Source of the DNA: the human T2T-CHM13v2.0 reference genome, Homo sapiens
NCBI RefSeq assembly: GCF_009914755.1
Contig: NC_060946.1
Reading direction: 5' to 3' (one strand)
Length of the DNA stretch: 64,000 nucleotides
Position numbers and translations under genes: made by a program. Every line of letters begins with the position of its first letter. The first letter of the stretch is position 1. The notes under the pieces were generated by a model. That model was not told the origin of the DNA and did no database searches. It saw only the letters and a program-made list of their open reading frames with translations. Shown here piece after piece: positions 1 through 27,700 of this stretch.

Positions 1-2300
1 TCATATGATTAGCATTTTATACCCTATACTTCCCTCTCCCATGGGGCCCTGGCCATGCTTAGAGACACCTCCTCCCATTTTCTTGCCATCTCCGGTCACT
101 CAGGCCTCCGTTTCAGGGAGTTGTGAAGCCGGAACATACACCTCAAAGGCTGAACAAGGCCTTTGCTTTGGGCTGGGCAGGCGGCATCCCCACGTAGGGG
201 CACTCCTGATCTAGAATCCTTTCTAGGCAAGGCAGTGTGGCCCTGGGAAGAGAGCAGGGGGCTTATGATCAGAGTCAGGCCACAAATCCTAATTCTACAA
301 CCCACTGGCTGGGACTTGCCCCCCTCTCTCTCCATCTCCAGACTTTAAAAAGCGGAAAAGAATATCTGTGCCATGAGCTTGTTGCCAAGATTAAGTGAGT
401 TATCCCATGTGAAAGTGTCTGCAAACCGTGAGATGCTGTGCTGGTTTTTTCTGTGAAAGGCAAACAGCAGCATGGCCTGGCGTCGTGCGTCTTCCACCTA
501 CATCCCATTTGCAACCTGACCCTCATTCCCTTCTTTCCACCTTCCTTTGAAGAACTGGATGGTACAAGTTGGTGTGTACACACACACACACGGCTGTCTC
601 CTTGGAAACACATGCTGAGGCTCCTAGAGGCATGGTGCCATCTGCCCTGCACCCAATGGGACAGCCCCATTTCATAACAGGCAGGATCTCAGTAGGACTT
701 GCTGGGGCAGAGGCAGGGGTACAGGAGGGGGCCTTGGTGTCATCCTCTTGGTGGACTGAGGGAAATGAGCCGAGAGTGTGGACTCGGTGCAGCCTGGGCT
801 CTCCTGAGCTTGGCCTGAGTGAAGGGCCCTGTGTTTGCCTCCATGCACAGCCTGGGAACCAGAGCAAAACTGAGAAATCGAGGAGTTTGCTTTCAGGGAC
901 GAGGATGGGGAGAGGGCCTTCTATGTGCTGGATATGCTAGCTCATTTAATCCTCACTGCCTCTTTCTAAATGGTATATTTCCCCTGTTATTCTGGTGAGA
1001 AAATGAACAAAGAGGCACTGGCTACCCTCAGGGCCAGTCTCTCTCTTCTTCCTTCCCACCCTAGGTGCCCAGAGCCTTCTTCTCTACCTGCCCCCCACCC
1101 CATCCCTTCAGAGAAATGTGAGAAACTCATTCTTACCAAGTGCCAGGCATTGACGGCATGTCGAGGAGTGATCCTTCCAGATGGCTAGGCTGCTGCAGGA
1201 CGGGCTCCTGACTTGACAGCCACTGTCTCCTGAGCGTGAGCCAGGACTGTATTGTGTGTGCCTATGTCACTATCTGTGCAATGGCTCTGCAAGGAAGGTA
1301 TGATCATCCACTCTACGAATAAGGACATCGACGCTCAGAGAGAGGAAAGGCCACACAGTTGTTGAAGGATTCAAACCCAGTTCCTCCTGACACCAGGCTC
1401 GTGTCTACCCATAGGGTGGGTACCCATGTGGGTACCATGTCTCGGGTCGTAGCTCTTCGTCACCCAGCCACTCATCACGTGCTTCCAGAGCGTTTGCTAT
1501 GCTTGGAGAGCCCGGGGTGAATGAAACCAACTCTACTCTTGCTCCCCTGGTGTTTGGATTCTAGAGGGGAGAGAGAATCTGCTGTGTTTAGGCAGGAGGC
1601 GGTGGTGGTCAGGACCAGCCTCTCCCAGGGAGAGGCATTTGAACTGAGGCCTGGAGGCCTGGAGGGTGAGGAAGAGCCAGCTACTCGAGGAACTTTCAGG
1701 CTGTGGGAAGAGCACCTGCAAAGGCCCTTCCTGGGACAGGAAAGAAAACGGGTCTGAGGAATAAAAGGCCACCATGGCTGCAGAAAGCAAGCAAGGGGGA
1801 GAGGGGTACCAGGTGAGGCTGGAGAGACCCGAAGGGCGAGCACCTGCAGAGCTTTGACGGTCATAAAGAGGAGTGACGCTCTCATCTCCCTGTCTGTAAG
1901 GACCCTCACACTCACTATTCTTGGGGAAGTGGCTGGTGGGGAGAAATTAGGTATCCCCAGAACAACCCAAGCAGGAATTACAGTAGAGTTAACTTTGACC
2001 GAGCACATGCTATAGGCCAGGTGGTGTCCTAGCACTGTGCCTGAATGGACTACTTTACTTCGGACACCACGGTACAGAGAAGTTCAACAATTTGTCCAAG
2101 GTCACCAAGAAATACAGTTAACCCTTGAATACCACAGGGATTAGGAATGCTGCCCCGCCATGCAGTAGAAAATCTGCATATAATTTTTGACTCCCCAAAA
2201 GCTTAACCACTAATAGCTTATTGTTGATGGGAAGCCTTACAGATAACATCAACAGTCCATGAACATATATTTTGTATGCTATATGTATTAGATAGTATAT

Positions 2301-2890
<590 letters not shown>

Positions 2891-2950
2891 ATATACTGTA
2901 TTCTTACAACAAAGTAAGCTACAGAAAATAAAATGTTATTAAGAAAATCA

Positions 2951-3560
<610 letters not shown>

Positions 3561-4295
3561 GAAAATCATAACAGAATCTTAACTAAGTTGAAGTGGATCA
3601 TTGTAAAGGTCTTCAGCCTTGTCTCCATATTGAGTAGGCTGAGGAAGAGGAGGAGGTGGAGGAAGAAGAGGGGTTGATCTTGTTGTTTCAAGGGTAGCAG
3701 AAGTTGAAGGGGAGGCAGGAGAGGCAGGCAAATTTAGTGTAACTTTTGTTGAAAAAAATCCACATGTAAGTAGACTCATGCAGTCCAAACCCCTGTTGTT
3801 CAAGGGCCGACTAAAGTGGAAGCAGGAGTCAGCCCCAGGGGGTCTGGCTCCAGAGGCCCACCTCTGTCCCCTCCAGCACGTCTTTGACTGCAGAAACCGT
3901 GGCTATCTGGTAGTGGCTTCTGAGACATCACACAGGGCAGAGGTGAGGGCTTCTCTCTGGAAAGGGCACTCTTGAGGGAGCTCTCCATTTGCAGACCAAG
4001 CCCTGGTAGCGGACAGAATGCAAGACAAACAGGAAACTAGCACTTTTGAGAGTACTGACGAGGAGGGCAAGAATCAGTAAAGAGCCTCCACCCACCACTT
4101 CTCCCCTGGAACACACTGAGACCAAGGAGGGTACAAACCACAGAGCCCAGGCACAGGTATGTGGGCTAAAAAGGAGAGCTGCTGGCAAGGCTTGTGCGGG
4201 CAGACTTGCCAAAGGATGGCTCATGTTTGCTGTTCCAGGTTCAATTGTGAATCAAACACAATGCCTGTTATTTGATGTTATTAATGCTCCAAATG

Positions 4296-9280
<4,985 letters not shown>

Positions 9281-9929
9281 CCCAGCAAAATTCTGATTGC
9301 ATCAGCTTGATAACTTTTAGCTGGCTGTGGGTGTCTGGATCATGCATCTACCCCCTGAACCAAGGACTATCACTATACCACCCCCCCAACCCCTCCTGCT
9401 AGAAGGGCTGGGCCACTGTAGGGATGCTGGATAAACAAGCCAAGCTCTCTGCCTTCCGGGAGTTAAGCGGGGAGTCTAATGTTGCCTGGGTTTGCAGCGG
9501 AGTCTGATCTGTACTATAAAGAGGTACAAAGTTCTGAGCGCTGTTTAGGAGCAGCTTTCCATTTGTGTACCGCGCCACATATTACATTTTTACGGATTTC
9601 TGCGGAACTCCCGGGGAGGCTTTATATTTTAAGAGAGGAGGTGGTTCTCCCACAAAACGTGGCATCGGTACCTGGTGTCAAGGAGGTTTTTGTTTTCTAG
9701 GTAAAAGAAGGGAGAGTTCTAGAAAGGAAAAGAATTTCACATCTGTTTGGGACTGTGGAGATTCTCTAGCCCAACCTCTTAATTTTATGGCCGAGGAAAC
9801 AAGCTCCAGTGAAGCAACCGGACTTTCCCAAGGTCATAAGCTAGTAAGTGGGAGGGCGGAAACATGTACTCGGGCCCTGGCTCAGGTCAGAGCTTCAGGA
9901 ATGCTCCCTCCACGCTAGTGTTTATCTGG

Positions 9930-11350
9930 ATGCGTGGGCAACCCGACACCCCGCTCTAGGGCGGCCAAGCCTGCTCAGGCCATCCCTACGACTTGGCAGG
10001 TCGCGGTCCCCGGCCCTGCCCTCAGGCGACCTCTGGGTCGCGTGGGAGCAGAAGTGCGGGCTAAGCTCAGCGTCCCTGCCCCGCGACCCTGGGCAGAGTC
10101 CCCAGAACAAAAAGACCCGTCCCTCCCTTCCCCTCCCGCCCCGCCACAGCCCCGCACGTGCGGCGCCTCGTGCACCGCCCCGGGCCCCGCCCCCGCCCTC
10201 CATTGGCTGTTCCCGCGCCTTCCTCCTCTGCCCCCTCCCCCCGCGACCAGACTCGGCTGCGGCTCCACGTGACCCGCGGGGGGCGGACACGCCGCGCGAG
10301 CAGGAGCTCGGATAGGTCGCTTTGGCCGGCCTGGCCGCTCCGAGCTCCGCCCCTCTTCGGTGGCGCGTCGGGAAGGTTGCAAGTCGGGGACAAGAGGGAG
10401 AGGCTGCGGTGGTTGGGGAGGGCGGGGGTTATGAAGAGGGCGGTGAAGGGGGAACACTGGTAGGAGGGAAGGGACCGCGCCGAGGAAGGCCCACCACAAA
10501 GACTCCAGCAGGCGCCAATCAGGGGACACAGGGGCGGCGGGGCGGGGCCTCCGCGAGGGTCCTCACCTGGCCCCGCACGTGTCTATCTTATCCCGGCTGC
10601 CCGACCAATCACGGCCCGAGGATCTGCGCCTGCCCCTCTCGCAGGCTGGACCAATCCAGAGCAACGATCCGGGGAAGCTGGCCTGGCCTCATGAATAATT
10701 AATGTGCCAGAGCCGGTCCGCAGGCGGGGTAGCGATGGAAGGAGGCGGGGGCGCCATTGGGCGCTTGCGCAGTAGCTGCCCGTGTCGGCAGCTGCAGCGG
10801 GTCGCACGGCTCCGGCCCATCTCGGGGGGCGGGCGGGGGAGGCGAGGTGCGCGAGCCGAGTCCGGGGCACGATGTCCGACGCGGGCGGCGGAAAGAAGCC
10901 GCCTGTGGACCCGCAGGCAGGACCCGGTCCGGGGCCGGGGCGCGCAGCTGGGGAAAGGGGCCTGTCGGGGTCCTTCCCCCTGGTCCTGAAGAAGCTGATG
11001 GAGAACCCCCCGCGCGAGGCGCGCCTCGGTGAGGGCGGGGGGGTGGTCCGCGCGGGCTGGGGGCGGGGCTTATACAGGGGCGGGGCCTCGTGAGGGCGGG
11101 GCCGGGGAGGCAGTGGGTCAGGGAGCAGTGGTCCAGCGGAGGGGGATGGGGCCTGGATGACCAGGAGCCTGGAGGACGAGGCCGGGGGGCTGAGGACAGA
11201 GGGTCAGGGGCGGGCTGAGACGGTGGGTCTGGCGGGAGAGGGTGGGGAGAGGTTTTGAGGAGGCGGAAGGGGATCGGGAGCAGTCACTTAAATGACGCTC
11301 CAGGGCCCCTCCCCCGGGGCCACCTGCATCGGAGTCACTCGGGATGCCTG
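9930..11350 (+). promoter_or_regulatory. TEF: CpG island / TEF proximal promoter and first exon
   Basis: Very GC- and CpG-rich; CACGTG E-boxes at 10155, 10266, 10576; CCAAT at 10515, 10605, 10651 and ATTGG at 10202, 10756; GC boxes ~10185-10198 and ~10539-10547; NRF1-like GCGCTTGCGC 10761-10770. Confidence 0.92.
10872..11028 (+). CDS. TEF: TEF coding exon 1 (Met1-Leu52 + 1 nt), thyrotroph embryonic factor, PAR-bZIP family
   Basis: ATG at 10872 in a CpG island; encodes [15 protein letters not shown]...[13 protein letters not shown], recognised as the TEF N-terminus; donor CG|GTGAGG at 11029; 157 nt (phase 1) joins in frame with exon 2. Confidence 0.96.
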
Positions 11351-13581
11351 TTTAAATTGCTGGTTCCTGCGCCCCACCCAATCTGCGGTCACTGGGACAG
11401 GGGTCTTGCATTTTAAGGAGCACCCCACCGCACCCCCATTATTTTCCAAGTACACCAAAGTTTAGGAAGCGCAGGCCTAGGGTAGCGAACTGTCATCGTA
11501 CGTGGCCTTACCCCTCCCGGAGGGACCTGGCTTCCTCCCTGGGTGTGAGTAGCGCCAGCTACTAGGTCCAACGGGAGCCTTTCTGTTGCGGGGCTTCTGC
11601 TGAGCGGGTGGGGGGGGTGTGGGCGAGTAGTGTGAGGCGCCTTGGGAGGGGAGTTTTGGGCCAAGCAGAGAAACGATGAGGGTCAGATGAGTCCACTGAG
11701 GCCCTTCGCCTGGTTGGTTGGGGCTGACCCTTAGATTCTGGGGCCACGGCGGCAGGACTGAGCTTCATCTTTTTGCCTAGGCCAGGAACGTCACTGGGGC
11801 GTATACGGAAAGCAGGTCTGGCCTTGTTTTTCGCCCTGGGAGATGGGGTGCAGGGAGCAGCAGGAGGGCCGCCTGTGGTGGGGTTGTGGGTGCACTGAGG
11901 TATACTTTGAGTGTGAGACCTTTGCATTTCCAAGAGCCATCAGTTATTCAGGGTTTGGGAAAGGGATAGGCCTTCGAGAGTTGTCTGGCCTGGGGAATGG
12001 ATTTTCCTTTTTAAAATGCCATTTCTCTTCCTTTCCTGGGTGTATGCTGAGGCTCCCATCCCTGTGGCTGTCACTGTTGAGTTATAAATAGCTTCAGCAC
12101 ATCAGGTGAGGCCAGCCTCTCTCCTCCTGCTTTGGGACCTCATGTGCACAAACCCTTTTGTTTGTTTTTGAGACGGTGCTTTGTTCCAAATCTGGGGCTG
12201 AGACAAGCTGCAGGGACAGGTGTACACATCTGACAGTTTCTTGTTTGAAATTACCAGGTAATAACCATCCATAACAAGAATTCTACCCGATATTCGTAGA
12301 GTGCTCGCAAAGCACGCTGACATCATCTTATTTCATTAACAGTCCTAGAGGGTATTCTCCCCTCTTCCCAGATGAGGAAAATTGAGGCTCAGGGAGGTGA
12401 GGGTGCTTCCTCAAGGTCACACAGCTATAACTTTTGACCCTCAGTTTGGTGCTCTTTCTACTGTATCATGCTGGCAGCCACTGTTGCATGACCTGAGTGA
12501 TGGACTAGTCCTTTATCTCTTACAATTTAAAATTCCACCTTACAAAAACACTGATTTAAAGTATCCTTTATTGCTTAGGCCAGGCAAAACCTGGAACTTA
12601 TTGTTGCCTGTCTTTCACTATGGCTGCTTTTCTATCTCCTGCCTTCTCCTGCCTCCTTTGATCCCAAATGACCCCACCCGACATGGGTCACAGTCATTTC
12701 TGAACAGAGTGAGGAGTCCAGATCTCAAGGGAGGAGAGCAGGAAGGCCATCTGGCCCACCCAGCCCACCAAGGCTTGACTTTCTTACTTCTCAGTTGGTT
12801 TTAAACCAAAGCCTGGTATAGAAAGCAGTTGCAGGAATTCAGATTAATTTGTATTAGAAAGCCATGACCAAGTTGTTTGTCAAAACCTCCACCTTCTTAA
12901 CTCACTGGGTGTGTTCATTTTTATTGGACCAACAAGCTGCTATTTGGTCTGGGAGTCCATGTGTGGCTGGTTTATTTCCAACTTAATCATATTTGATTTC
13001 TCCTTTTCACTTATAAATCCAGAGTTCAAAATTGTCTCCCTCAATTTTGAAAACCCATCATGAGCTTGTCATGATTTTATCTCCCACTTCCCTGATTAGC
13101 CTCCCTGTCACTTTGATTTCCTTCCAACCTTGTCACATTGCTCTCTTCTCTTTTTTTAATTGCCCTCTCTTGGATATCCACATGTGTAACTTTGTGACTG
13201 AGACAATTGGGTAGATCCAGTCCCCACTAATTGATTAGTTTTCCTTTGAATAGGAGCAGTCTTTCTTCTTCAACTCCACCCCTCTCCTTCCTCCCAGAAA
13301 ACCTGCCTTCAGTCTTTTCTGCTTATTCAGGAATAAAGGTCTCTTGAAATGGTTGCTCTGAAAAGGGTCCTGAAAAGACAGCTCCAGGCCCTTTCTAATA
13401 AACCTAACCTGAATCTGTTTGCAAATCCAATATTCTACAGTTAGTATATATATTTTCCCATAGTCCACCGTCTGCCTACCCCTTGTTGGGCCCTTGAGAT
13501 CTGGAAATAAATCAGTTCATACTTTCAGTGAGCCCACAGTAACAATGATGCCTACAGTGTGCCAGGAACACTGTAAAGACA

Positions 13582-15900
<2,319 letters not shown>

Positions 15901-16177
15901 ATGAATTAACCCTATGACCGCTTAAGGTCTCAGAGTATGTGGTAAGCCTTCTGGGAAGGCCAGGCATGGATGAGGATGGGATGCCGTGTCTAAAGGAAAA
16001 CAGCCGGCCTGGTTCAAGTGCGAGATTCGAACTGGAGAATAGAGTAGGTTCTTGAAATGCATGGGTTGGAATCGGGGCTCTGAGAAAGATGGGCCAGGCC
16101 TGTGAGGCTCACTGCCCACTTCCTGGGATTGAGTTACTCTCCTGTGTGGTATTTCATCGCAGATTTTGTTTCTGCAG

Positions 16178-16495
16178 ATAAGGAAAAGGGGAAGGAAAAG
16201 CTGGAGGAGGACGAGGCCGCAGCCGCCAGCACCATGGCTGTCTCAGCCTCCCTCATGCCACCCATCTGGGACAAGACCATCCCATATGATGGCGAATCTT
16301 TCCACCTGGAGTACATGGACCTGGATGAGTTCCTGCTGGAGAATGGCATCCCCGCCAGCCCCACCCACCTGGCCCACAACCTGCTGCTGCCTGTAGCAGA
16401 GCTAGAAGGGAAGGAGTCTGCCAGCTCTTCCACAGCATCCCCACCATCCTCCTCCACTGCCATCTTTCAGCCCTCTGAAACTGTGTCCAGCACAG
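16178..16495 (+). CDS. TEF: TEF coding exon 2 (transactivation region)
   Basis: Acceptor ttttgtttctgcag|AT; encodes DKEKGKEK...[29 protein letters not shown]...VSST, typical of PAR-family (TEF/HLF/DBP) activation domains; donor AG|GTTGGT at 16496; 318 nt, phase 1-1. Confidence 0.97.
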
Positions 16496-16806
16496 GTTGG
16501 TGAAAGGCCATCGAGGAGGGCCACCTGTCCCATCCAGGGAAGTCCATTTCCCACTGAGGGCTGCTTGTGTCCATGTACCCAGTGAGTCCCTTCTCTGAGG
16601 GGAGGTCCTGGTGGGGCTGCAGTGTGGAGAAACTCTTCACTCCCCACCCTTCCACACAGTTCCCCGAGGCTGGAGATAAAAATAGTGGTCATGTCACTGG
16701 CAGTTGGAACCCTTCTGTTGGTTGCTGTGCTGCAAACAGTCAGGACAGGACCTTCCAGGCCACGGCATTACAGGATAGAAATCCCATTCTGCATTTCCTC
16801 AATGCT

Positions 16807-22620
<5,814 letters not shown>

Positions 22621-22917
22621 TGTTTTGCTTAACATTTCTGGAGGGGGTGGAAACAATTGGAAAACCCTGTCTTTTTCTAGGGCTTCTGTTTCCTTTTGAG
22701 CATTCTGTTCCTGAAGGAAAGAATTCTTTGAATGTTTGTGTTGTGGAATTGAACCGTGTGCCAGTCTGGCTTAGGGGCTGGTACTGTTGGGGTTTTCTTC
22801 TCCCCAGGCGGCAGTGGCTTATGCAGCCTTGAGGTTCAACCAGGTGTCTGGGTGTGTGGCGTGGGTCTTCTCTGTCCAGTGGGCTGCTTCGGGACCACCT
22901 GTCTCTGTGTCTTTTAG

Positions 22918-23138
22918 AATCTTCCCTGGAGAAGGAGAGGGAGACTCCCAGTCCCATCGACCCCAATTGTGTGGAAGTGGATGTGAACTTCAATCCGGAC
23001 CCCGCCGACCTGGTGCTCTCCAGTGTGCCAGGCGGGGAGCTCTTCAACCCTCGGAAGCACAAGTTTGCTGAGGAGGACCTGAAGCCCCAGCCTATGATCA
23101 AAAAGGCCAAGAAGGTCTTTGTCCCCGACGAGCAGAAG
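22918..23138 (+). CDS. TEF: TEF coding exon 3 (PAR domain and extended basic region)
   Basis: Acceptor gtgtcttttag|AA; encodes [16 protein letters not shown]...[32 protein letters not shown]; donor AAG|GTAACC at 23139; 221 nt. Confidence 0.97.
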
Positions 23139-23809
23139 GTAACCTGGTATTCCTTATAAATAAAGATGCAGCGTTGGTTCAAGGGCCTAGGGGATATGGC
23201 TCCTCGCATTTGATTTTATCTGGAGAGCCTTCCCTCCTTGTGACACCATTTGGAAAGACATGAGTTTAGTGCTTAAAGCCATATCCTTCAGCAGTTTGGT
23301 AGAAAGAAAGGGAGTCACGTGGCATTTGGCCCCAGTGTGACTCCCTGTAGTTTCTCTCCTTCCCCGGGCCATCGGCTGTGTTGATGTTCCTGCCTCCCTG
23401 GCTGTAGCCCAGCCACTGGGCAAGAGCTCACTAGGCCACAGGAACTGGGGTTGAAAAAGTCCTTGCTTTGAAGGACAAAGGGTTTCTTGTATGTTGCCAT
23501 CCCCAGGGATGAGCAAGCAGCTTTCAAGCTGGTGGTGCTGTTAGGAACTGGTGGGAAGAGAGAATTTTGCAGTTTTCCATCCTTTCCTATGAAAAACTTA
23601 CAGCAAGGATTTTTCATCCAAATCTTTGGAGTCAGGCACACCTGGGTCCAAACTCCATGTTGCCACTTGTGGCCTAGCTGTGCCTCAAGTTCCTCATCTG
23701 TAAAACGGGAGCAACTGAACCTCCCTCCCGGGGAGGTTTGTGAGACTTTAATAATGATGTGATGATCATGGTGAATATTTAGATGGTACTCACTGTAGGC
23801 CAGGCACTG

Positions 23810-24173
<364 letters not shown>

Positions 24174-24566
24174 TAAAGTACTTGCACAGTTTCACTGCTA
24201 GTAATCTTGGAGAGCCAAGATCTGAACTCGGGGATCTAGGCCCTTACCCACAACCAACATGCCTAAGTAAGGCAAGGGTGTGGACAGTGCAATGCTTTGT
24301 GCTGGAGCAGCAGGTACCAGGCCTCCAGGAGATGAGTCTCCTTCTCTTCACCATGTAACGTACCAAATAACTTTTGTTTCTCGTCCTGCCCCCGAGGAAA
24401 GGGCAGTGCCCTCAATGTGCCCTGGTTTGTGCTGCTCCCTCCCTGGTATCCCTGCTTTAGCTCTGGCCACACCAGATGAGTTAGGGGAATCCAGGTGGTG
24501 GGAGTGGAAAAATTGGGTTCTCTCGTGGGGAAAGACGAGAGACTCACAGAGGGCACTTCCCCACAG

Positions 24567-24782
24567 GATGAAAAGTACTGGACAAGACGCAAGAAGAACA
24601 ACGTGGCAGCTAAACGGTCACGGGATGCCCGGCGCCTGAAAGAGAATCAGATCACCATCCGGGCAGCCTTCCTGGAGAAGGAGAACACAGCCCTGCGGAC
24701 GGAGGTGGCCGAGCTACGCAAGGAGGTGGGCAAGTGCAAGACCATCGTGTCCAAGTATGAGACCAAATACGGGCCCTTGTAA
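24567..24782 (+). CDS. TEF: TEF coding exon 4 (basic region and leucine zipper, to stop)
   Basis: Acceptor cttccccacag|GAT; encodes [29 protein letters not shown]...[19 protein letters not shown]...YGPL, then TAA at 24780-24782; spliced CDS totals 912 nt. Confidence 0.97.
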   Translation, partial: DEKYWTRRKKNNVAAKRSRDARRLKENQITIRAAFLEKENTALRTEVAELRKEVGKCKTIVSKYETKYGPL

Positions 24783-27700
24783 CCCGTGCCCCCCGCCCGG
24801 GCGGGGTACTGCCTGCACCTCAGACCTCTGCCTGGGGGCTCCCTGTAACCCCTCACACGCGTGGAGACTTATGACTCGTCGTGGGCGCATGGCGGCGCAC
24901 CTGCTGCAGGAGCGGCCACGTCTCAGCTTCATTATACCATGGCCTGCGCACGTGGCGACGTCCCTGAGGGGCCAGTCTCCTCACTGGTGGGGAACGCAAG
25001 AGAATCTGCGTAGATGGGTGACTCAGCCTTAGTTTCTATTCTTGGATGTCCCAGTTGAATCAGAAGGGGACCTCTGGAGTACACACCTCTCTCCTGGGCG
25101 CTCAGGGTCCCTGGACTCTCCCTCAGTCTCCAGCCTGGGCTGCCGAGGGCTATCTCTGCAGAATGAGTTGTGATCATTGTCACCCTATGTCTTCTCAGGT
25201 AGCAGGGCGCGTTTCCACTTAAGGTGTGTCTGTCACGCACCTCATTCTCCCCAGACAGTCTTTGAGTAACATCTGTTCCCATCTTCCTTGGAAGCAGGAC
25301 ACACCAGCTCCTCCGTCAGTGTCTGCATGGGTAGCAGGCTGCAGGAGTGGGGTCTCTGCACAGCCTGGGATGGGGCTTGGGGCTGGGGCCTGCAGCAGAA
25401 GTGTGCCCAGCGTTTCTCAGCTCCCGCACCCCTTTTCCCTTATGGCTCTGAGGCCATCGGCTGTCTCTGCATTTCATTGGCTGTGGAGGAGAGACTCCTA
25501 GGATGGCTGCTGTCTGAGCCATGAGTGCCAGGGCTGAGAGAGGCCTCTTCATTTCCTCTCCAGGCTACTCAGAGGCCATGTGAAGCTCGTTTGTCCCACT
25601 AGACCAGGCCTCTGGGCCTGCTCTTTCTTTCCACCCAATGTCCAGTCTTGGATCATAGATTTAAAAGGAAAACCCCTCTTATCTAGGAGGCTTTAACTTC
25701 CTGGACCCCAGGATTCACCTTCCTAGTGGTGTTTAGAAAATGCCTCCACAGCCCCCTTCCACCATGGGCATGAGAGCTGGGGTGTGTTTCTTGAGAAGCT
25801 CCCTTTTTTCTTGCTCTGCTCACCGGTGTGGCCTGGGCTGGAGTGCACTCTCCCTGGGGGCAGCTGGGGCCTCGCAATTCTTGCTTCAGGATCTCTCCCA
25901 TGCGAGCGGCCCGGAGGGTGTCAGCAGGGCAAGACACCTAGTCTAGAGTCACCAAGGTCACAGTGCCACTTTCACGGGATAGCAGGCTCTTGGGACTTTT
26001 ACACAGGCCTAGGGTCCCCTCAGTCTTGGTCCCAGGAGATGGGGGCCACTCGTGAGGCTGGCCATGCTGTGGCTTCTCACAGCTGTGGTCTCCCCTGCCT
26101 CACAACGACTCCTTTCTCTTGTGTGGCGGGACTCGCCCTTTTGCTGTGCTCAGAAGATTCACTGAGGAAACTCATGGAAGCCTCTGCTCATTTGGGTCAC
26201 TGGGACACCCCTGAGATGGGTGTGTTTATTTGCTCAGGGCGGGCAGCCTATGGTGAAGAGGAGACAGAGGCGATGGGCGTGCTTCGTCCTCCGTAACACT
26301 GGCTTTATTTACCGTGGTGGTTCAGAGTCCCAGGCCCTGACCTCTAAAGACTTTTCATAACAGACGTTAAGACCAAGCCGTGGACCTCACCCCAGGGGAA
26401 TGCCACGGCCCTTTGGGGACCTGCACACCCACCTCTCCGGGGGACTTGACAAGGGGCCCTGAGGCCAAGGGAGGTCACTCCTCCCTCCAGGCCCCTGACT
26501 TTTACTTTGTGGTTCTCTAAAAACCATGTACACACTTTCACTCTATTGTAACCACACAGGGCAGGCGCATCCAGCATGTCAGTGTCCTGCCCCGGGCAGC
26601 TCTCCCTCCCGGGCACGCTCCCTCTGGCCTGGTGGATCACCAAGAGGGCGGTTCTCATTTTGTTATTAGTGGAAGAGCCTTGAGCTTAAAAGCTCTTCAT
26701 TTTCTTTGCCGGAAAGTATATGGTTTGTGTTTTTGCAGTTTTATTTTTTTAAGGATGGACACTAAATCTCTGGTGTCCATGTTCCGAGCCCGGTGGCTGG
26801 GATGGTGGCTCGATGTGTCTCCTCTTTATCCCGCCCTCTGCCTGTTTGGTGCCCTCCCTTCTTTCCCCCAGGCAGTGGGTATCGGGTTCTTTCCCAAAGT
26901 GCTTACTTGGAAAGAGTGTGGCTGCTGGACTCTTTTCGAAATGCCCCTCTGAGTCAGGAGCCTGGTGGGGACAAGATGGAGGATGTCCACAGAGGCTGAC
27001 CTGTGGGGGAAAAGAAGTGCTCAGGTAAGGTTGTCTCCTCTCCTGTCCTAAAAAAATCCATGCTTGCAGGAGAGGGTTGGTGCCTGCTCAGTTTCTGTCG
27101 AGGGAATGGGAGTCTCCTCGGCTCCCTCCTGGGCCCTCTGCTTCTTGGAGGCCGACCGCTGGAGACTGCGGCTCCTGTGCTTGGATCTTTGACATCTGTC
27201 AGTCACTGGAGGCTAGAGAAGTTGACTTTACCTTGGCTTTCTGTGGGTTCCCGATGGGCTTGGAAGTGCCGTCTACTTCCTAAGCATCCTGTCTAAAGCT
27301 TTGTGGCACCCTCAGTGCAACCTCAGAACAGACAAATCATGAATGAGCTGGAACTTTGCAAGAATATTCATATTATAAATGTCTCATCTGATGGAGGAAC
27401 GTGTGCATTTAGAGAGAGGGAGAGTTTTCAAGGTTTATGGCAACTTTGTGGAGGACCTGGGTAACTCTTACCCTTGGCCAAAGGAAGAGGTTTTCCTGTC
27501 TGGCTTCTGAGGTTGGAGGGGGCACTTAGCAGTGAACCTTAAGTCTGGGTACATGTAACCCTGCTGAGGGGCTGTGCAGGCCGCTCCTACGGTCCTTTGG
27601 CCTGAGGCAGGGCGGGAGGCATGCAAGCCAGTGGGGGAAAACCCCTCTGAAGCTGGGCAGCCCTCTACCTGGGCCCCGGGAGCCGTGCTCCTTGGAACGC

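Noticed and set aside
1400-1440. Short quasi-palindromic GGGTACCCAT repeats
   Set aside because: Too short and irregular to distinguish from local slippage
10782-10871. 30-codon GTG-initiated N-terminal extension of TEF
   Set aside because: Poor initiation context (cccGTGT), probably close to the cap, in-frame TAG at 10773; no positive evidence
9848-11032. Overlapping Arg/Gly/Pro/Ala-rich ORFs on both strands
   Set aside because: Stop-codon depletion in a CpG island; only the frame from ATG 10872 splices into TEF
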